This document shows, one piece after another, positions 59,901 through 64,000 of a stretch of 64,000 nt of DNA; within the stretch, counting starts at the first letter, position 1, and every line of letters begins with the position of its first letter. The notes under the pieces were generated by a model that did not search any database, was not told the origin of the DNA, and was given only the letters and a program-made list of their open reading frames with translations. A program made the translations under genes and the position numbers. The DNA comes from a candidate division FCPU426 bacterium (GTDB lineage Bacteria; Oederibacteriota; Muellerivitia; Muellerivitales; Muellerivitaceae), in contig CAWCKJ010000004.1 in assembly GCA_963796105.1 (NCBI GenBank), positions 1,088,001-1,152,000 of the forward strand, written 5' to 3'.

Positions 59901-62007
59901 CAGCACACCCACGCCGACGTCCACCACGACTCCCACGCCGACATCCACATCTACCTTGACCAAGACCCCAACTAACACGCCCACGCCTACCCCGACCACC
60001 ACTCTCACGTCGACTCCAACCGCTACCCCCACTGTCACGCCGACTCCGACCGACACCGAAACCGGGACGACGTCCCCCACGAACACCTTTACGGTCACCC
60101 CGACGCCGACGCCTTCCTCGACACCTACCAATACTTCTACCTCCACCTCTACGCCTACTCCGACCGCCACAGCCACATCGACACCGACAAATACTTCGAC
60201 TGATACTCCAACCTCAACCTTGACTCCAACCTTGACTGACACTCCCCCGCTTACCTTTACCCCGACCAACACCTTCACGGATACGTCCACTCCGACGGAC
60301 ACTTCCACCCCCACTAACACCAACACACCCACGAACACGCCGACTAATACCCCCACTCCAACACCCACTAACACTCCCACCAACACCAATACCCCGACAG
60401 ATACCGCCACACCGACCAATACCTATAGCCCCACTAACACGCCAACCAATACCCCGACCCCTACTCCCACCAATACCCTGACCAACACCAATACGCCCAC
60501 TAATACTCCCACCGCTACCAACACCTCTACTCCTACCAACACCTATACGGCCACCAATACCCCCACCAATACAAATACCCCGACTAACACCAATACTCCT
60601 ACCAATACGCCTACTCCTACTCCCACCAGGACGCCTACTAACACTTCCACTCCCACGAATACGCTTACAGCCACGAATACACCCACTAATACCAATACCC
60701 TGACACCTACCCCCACGGCGACCTTCACTCCCACCCCCACGCCTGCCGCGGTATTGGCCTTGCAAAAACAGGAGTCGGAATCAACAGGTTCCTCGGGGGA
60801 TATGGTGACCTATACCTTGAATGTCAATGTTTCCAACGCAAACGCTCCTGGAGTAGTGGTGCAGGACCAACTGCCTCCCAACTGCACTTTCACGGCCTTT
60901 GGGGTCTCACCAGCAGGAACATCGGCCGTAACCACCGTTTCAGGCGGGGTGACCATGATGAACTGGACCTTACCCACTCTTACCCCAGGAAGCTACCAAT
61001 TGACTTATACAGTCTCGATTAACAGCTTCACGCCCGCGGGACCCATTGTGAACTGCGCGGTCTTAAACTATCCGGGAATCTCACCATTGAGTTCCTGTGC
61101 CACATTAATGGTGACAGGGAGCTACACGGTGAAGATCGGGGTATATAACGAGGCAGGGGAACTGGTAAAGACACTCTTAGTGACCCAATATTCCCAGCCT
61201 TTGGTGGACCTGCAGTTGAAGAACGGGGATCTGATTAATGGGCTGAATGATCCCATCCTGATATATGACCAGAATACCCAGATCACGGTGTGGAACGGGA
61301 CAGACCAGAACGGGAACCCGGTGCCGAATGGTGATTATTACGTGAAAGTGGACAATGTGGACTCTTTCGGGGTGGATAAGAGCGTGGTATTGAACGTGGT
61401 GGTGAGCAGGTCGTTGGAGAAGGTGACGATCGACATCTACAACGAGGCTGGAGAGATAGTGGACACGCTCTACAGCGTGGTGGAGGACCCTCAAGGGGCG
61501 GTGATCACAGGGGTGAAGCTGTCAGGGACGGTGTTGGAGCCGGGATCGCCGACGGATGGGAACCTGGTTATCACGACAAATAACGGTGTGACAGCGACAT
61601 GGACGGGATATTCCTCAAGCGGGGCGGTGGTGCCGAACGGAAAATACTTCATCGAGGTGCACTCCACCGACGGAAAAGACGGGGAGACGGTGATCGTGAC
61701 GTCGGTGATGGTGCTGAACAACGCGAAACAGACGGTACCGAAAGTCTGGGCCTATCCGAACCCGTTAACCGGGGGATTCAGCCAAGTGGAGTTCCAGGCC
61801 TCAAATCTTGGGATCAACCTGACGGTGAGGATATATGACCTGGCGGGTGAACTGGTGACGGAACTCAAAGGCGCCGGGGGAACGAGCCGGGTGACCTGGA
61901 ACGCCGCGGGAATCTCAAGCGGGCTTTATATCGCCAAGGTGGAACAGAAGGATCTCACCGGGAAAATCATCGCCAAGCAGACACTCAAAATCCTGGTGGA
62001 AAAATAA
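56983..62007 (+). CDS. Giant secreted/surface protein: Cys-rich N-terminal domains, about 875-aa Thr/Pro repeat, DUF11-like domain, three FlgD-Ig/T9SS-CTD-like modules
   Basis: Hydrophobic signal ending [12 protein letters not shown]...VVVQDQLP, three (I/V)Y(N/D).AGE.V...W.G/A....G.Y modules, YPNP and terminal KILVEK. Confidence 0.88.
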   Translation: MALTQAKGILTDQRMGNKETFSNFNSFSKALQVFLALMGFMLSCGAPSQTKAQCTPSSAKICVSSDDWSQVYVGGVYLGQINYCNWDGSGSCPPGCITVPTSLLTGSQVYLSVYTQNTACNNLYSSWDLDITCSNGQHSEITSGSGGLKMDYISSGNPTTPPATNWYATDYSTSGWGSASQVSATSSECCWGQSLWNPVSGARVPYVSTDANGDYSTSNCNGALFFSQAVAIPASSTTLGPPNFTVGKSVCGGPNESSSNIGYEFCLTVCNTGGPQTGAVTLADNISQSYWQSQSFFAGGVSVQNGNYIATEPYVSGQGGSGVSIIWPEGIAGNSCVTFQEYAWDFNGMQNNQCTTATNNFNIEGKTSNTVTFNIPCWTPTFTWSNTPTYTHTFTYTPTFTYTPTPALTPTFTHTYTYTYTYTYTYTATPTPTHTYTYTPTIAVTPTFTHTNTYTYTYTPTPTYTYTYTPTPAVTPTFTHTNTYTFTYTFTNTPTPTPTRSPTPTPTPTVSPTPTPTRTPTPTPTVTPTPSPTNTPSPTPTRTPTPTPTITPTPTPTVSPTPTPTRTPTPTPTITPTPSPTNTPSPTPTRTPTPTPTISPTPTPTTTPTPTPTRTPTPTPTTTPTPTPTNTPTPSPTSTPSPTPTRTPTNTPTLTPTPTPTLTPTPTPTTTPTPTPTRTPTPTPTNTPTPTPTTTPTPTPTRTPTPTPTNTPTPTPTTTPTPTPTNTPTRTPTPTPTPTPTTTPTPTPTHTPTITPTPTNSPTGTQSPTNTPTITPTKTTTPTPTNTPTITPTPTPTNTPTRTPTPTSTPTPTTTPTPTPTNTPTPTPTNTPTPTPTTTPTPTPTRTPTPTPTNTPTPTPTTTPTPTSTNTPTPTPTRTPTSTPTITPTPTPTRTPTPTPTNTPTPTPTTTPTPTPTSTPTITPTPTNTPTGTQSPTNTPTITPTKTPTPTPTPTPTVTPTPTPTNTPTNTPTSTPTPTSTTTPTPTSTSTLTKTPTNTPTPTPTTTLTSTPTATPTVTPTPTDTETGTTSPTNTFTVTPTPTPSSTPTNTSTSTSTPTPTATATSTPTNTSTDTPTSTLTPTLTDTPPLTFTPTNTFTDTSTPTDTSTPTNTNTPTNTPTNTPTPTPTNTPTNTNTPTDTATPTNTYSPTNTPTNTPTPTPTNTLTNTNTPTNTPTATNTSTPTNTYTATNTPTNTNTPTNTNTPTNTPTPTPTRTPTNTSTPTNTLTATNTPTNTNTLTPTPTATFTPTPTPAAVLALQKQESESTGSSGDMVTYTLNVNVSNANAPGVVVQDQLPPNCTFTAFGVSPAGTSAVTTVSGGVTMMNWTLPTLTPGSYQLTYTVSINSFTPAGPIVNCAVLNYPGISPLSSCATLMVTGSYTVKIGVYNEAGELVKTLLVTQYSQPLVDLQLKNGDLINGLNDPILIYDQNTQITVWNGTDQNGNPVPNGDYYVKVDNVDSFGVDKSVVLNVVVSRSLEKVTIDIYNEAGEIVDTLYSVVEDPQGAVITGVKLSGTVLEPGSPTDGNLVITTNNGVTATWTGYSSSGAVVPNGKYFIEVHSTDGKDGETVIVTSVMVLNNAKQTVPKVWAYPNPLTGGFSQVEFQASNLGINLTVRIYDLAGELVTELKGAGGTSRVTWNAAGISSGLYIAKVEQKDLTGKIIAKQTLKILVEK
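58117..60744 (+). repeat. Coding low-complexity Thr-x repeat (TYT, TPT, TNT)
   Basis: Continuous ACN-CCN-type codon repeats with varied third positions. Confidence 0.95.
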
Positions 62008-62047
62008 GTCCGGAATTTGCAAGTTTTCTTCCGGGTCCGCGGTTCAT

Positions 62048-62404
62048 TTATTTCCTGATCGCGTGCAATTTCAATTCGGCCATTTTGATGGCGTAGGGCT
62101 TCCGGCCGGTTTCCCGGATTTGCCGGATACAGGCGGCGCGGTCGGAACGGGTGATGAACCCGATCAATCGTGAAATGAAATTGTTGAATTTTTTGCAGTC
62201 CGCCGGGTTGGTGAATTCCTCGCAAGCCGCGCAGGTGGAAATCGCTTTCTCTTCGCAGCAAATCCGCACCTTGCACCAGGTGCGGCTTTTGCATTGACTG
62301 CAACCCTGGCATTTTTCCCGCAAGTAAGCCCCGCAAGCGCCGCAATAGAGGCCGCAACAGGCCACCAGGTCGGGATTCGCGGTCACTGTTTTCATGAAGG
62401 GCAC
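62048..62404 (-). CDS. DUF3795-like Cys-rich protein
   Basis: ACCGLYCGAC...C.GC......C.VR.CC.EK....CA.C.EF...C. Confidence 0.8.
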   Translation of the reverse strand: MPFMKTVTANPDLVACCGLYCGACGAYLREKCQGCSQCKSRTWCKVRICCEEKAISTCAACEEFTNPADCKKFNNFISRLIGFITRSDRAACIRQIRETGRKPYAIKMAELKLHAIRK

Positions 62405-62541
62405 CTTTCAAGGCGCATCACTGTTTCATTCGGGGGAATTTGGATTACCTTGCCGGTTTCATGATAGGCCCGCTAAACCGGAAAAGCCAAACCAATAATC
62501 AATGAACGTTTTTTGTCCATAAAATCGAGGCCTTCCGGGAA

Positions 62542-62577
62542 TAAAAAAAGCCCCAGAACCTTGCGGTTGAGGGGCTT
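62542..62577 (-). terminator. Intrinsic terminator after the small Ala/Lys-rich gene
   Basis: AAGCCCC...GGGGCTT stem with an A7 run on the + strand (T-run on the - strand). Confidence 0.7.
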
Positions 62578-62620
62578 AAAGGCCGCCGTTGACAAGGCGG
62601 CCTGGGTTGAGAAAGTAAGA

Positions 62621-62842
62621 TTACTTAGCGGCCGGCGCGGTCGAGGCGGGAGCGGCTGCCGGGGCGGCTGCTTCCTTTTTCTCTTTCTTGACGGCTTTAT
62701 GCATTTTCTTGACGTGTTTCTTGTGCGCCTTCATCGTCTTTACGGCGGGTGCCGCGGCAGGAGCAGCGGCTGTGTCGGCCAAGACCAATCCGGTGCTTCC
62801 CAAGAACAACACGGTCATCAAGCTCAAAATTAACTTTTTCAT
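62621..62842 (-). CDS. Small secreted Ala/Lys/His-rich protein (acid-shock-protein-like composition)
   Basis: MKK signal peptide, AAAPAAAP and KAHKKHVKKMHK; GGAGG RBS. Confidence 0.8.
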   Translation of the reverse strand: MKKLILSLMTVLFLGSTGLVLADTAAAPAAAPAVKTMKAHKKHVKKMHKAVKKEKKEAAAPAAAPASTAPAAK

Positions 62843-63220
62843 CTGAGTCCTCCAGAACCTTTCGGTTTATTTATTGGGTTGAATTGCTTCCCGTCATATA
62901 GGACGAGGGGGCGGATTAAAAAGTTTCAACGCCAAATATGGGGTTATTCCTCGTTTTTCAGGTTATTCCGTATACAAGGGGCCGGGTCTTGCGGAAAAAT
63001 GTTTAATGACGGCATTTGTCCGAATTTACCGCTCCCAATTTTCCATCCCTTTTTTGGAATTCCCCGCGCGTTTTACCGTCAAATCCGCGCCTAAAAATTC
63101 ACAAAAGGGGGGTGCAATTTTCAGGCACATGCCCTATAGATGATCGAAAGTTTCAACACATTCGAATCACTGCTGACCGAAGCTTCCCAGCTATGAAGGG
63201 AGGCCGGTGAGGGGAGAACA

Positions 63221-64000
63221 GTGAAGAGTTATCGAAGTAAACTATTATCTTTTGCGCGTGCCATCATTACCCTTGCGCTCACTCCTGCCGGCGCATGGGC
63301 CCAAGCCTCCTTGACGACCTACCATAACGACCAGGCCCGGGACGGCTGGAACCAAAACGAGACCCTCCTCACCACCGCCAACGTCAACAGCGCCTCTTTC
63401 GGGAAGCTTTTCTCCGACGCGGTTGATGGCCAGGTTTACGCCCAGCCCCTTTATATGCCCAGCGTCTCCATCGGCGGCGGAACCCACAACGTCGTTTACG
63501 TGGTCACCGAGAACGACAGCGCATACGCTTTCGACGCCGACAACGCCGGGGTGACCTATTGGCATGACAGCTTCATCGGGGGTGTCACCACGACCGTGGC
63601 TGAGGCTGATGTCAATTGCACCCAGATCACCCCCCAGATCGGCATTACGGACACGCCCGTCATCGATCCCGCGACTGGAACCATTTATTTCGTGGCCATG
63701 ACCAAGACGGTCTCCGGCGCCGTCACCACCTTCACCCAGACCCTGCATGCCCTGGATATCACCACCGGAGCGGAGAAATTCAGCGGCCCCCAGACCATCG
63801 CGGCCACGGCCCCGGGAACCGGGGACGGAGGAAACTCGGTCACATTCAATCCGCGGGCCTACAAGGAGCGCAGCGCCCTTGCGCTGGTGAACGGCGTGGT
63901 TTATACGAGCTGGACGTCCCATTGCGACCTCAACACCTGGGGAAACTACCACGGCTGGGTCATCGGCTACAACGCGTCCGCCATCACCCAGCAGGTCAGC
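63221..64000 (+). CDS. Secreted PQQ-like beta-propeller protein (partial; runs off the window, absent from the ORF track)
   Basis: GTG after GGGGAG; translates as a signal peptide then TTYHNDQARDGWNQNETLLTTANVNSASFGKLF...VDGQVYAQPLY...GITDTPVID..TGTIY. Confidence 0.82.
   Translation, partial: MKSYRSKLLSFARAIITLALTPAGAWAQASLTTYHNDQARDGWNQNETLLTTANVNSASFGKLFSDAVDGQVYAQPLYMPSVSIGGGTHNVVYVVTENDSAYAFDADNAGVTYWHDSFIGGVTTTVAEADVNCTQITPQIGITDTPVIDPATGTIYFVAMTKTVSGAVTTFTQTLHALDITTGAEKFSGPQTIAATAPGTGDGGNSVTFNPRAYKERSALALVNGVVYTSWTSHCDLNTWGNYHGWVIGYNASAITQQVS

Noticed and set aside
58431..60419. 662-aa Val/Gly ORF on the - strand and other alternative-frame ORFs over the repeat
   Set aside because: These are shadows of the Thr/Pro codon repeat in the + strand gene.
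63245..63952. 235-aa - strand ORF
   Set aside because: It is antisense to the + strand PQQ-like gene starting at 63221, which has recognisable motifs.
1..64000. tRNA, rRNA and riboswitches (cobalamin, c-di-GMP, fluoride)
   Set aside because: I inspected the intergenic regions by eye and found no convincing consensus. An Infernal/Rfam scan would be needed to exclude them.

Overview
A chromosomal region from a moderately GC-rich bacterium that is probably diderm (it has a TonB-dependent receptor and outer-membrane beta-barrels). Housekeeping and metal genes include Crp/Fnr, copZ-copA, aconitase, mdh, sixA, def, uppP, pirin and a TonB receptor-nikR-NiCoT nickel cluster. Four accessory themes are superimposed. 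(1) Nine GT-C-type integral-membrane glycosyltransferase-like genes, including a tandem array of four paralogues of a family I cannot name, co-transcribed with a GH44 glycanase. The window also has secreted Thr/Pro-rich proteins with T9SS/FlgD-Ig-like C-termini, one carrying about 875 residues of Thr/Pro repeat. Together these suggest a large surface-protein O-glycosylation system. (2) A roughly 700-bp non-coding array of three interchangeable repeat units (33, 43 and 52 bp, close to whole helical turns) directly upstream of an orphan winged-HTH gene. (3) Mobile DNA: complete IS1595- and IS1380-family elements with TIRs and target duplications, two copies of a MITE with 5-bp TSDs, and a REP-like palindrome. 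(4) An RHH-MazF toxin-antitoxin cassette with a decayed duplicate, each followed by a different cargo gene. The gene style recalls candidate lineages such as FCPU426, but that is an unverified impression. All family calls come from motif recognition by eye; no database searches were run.
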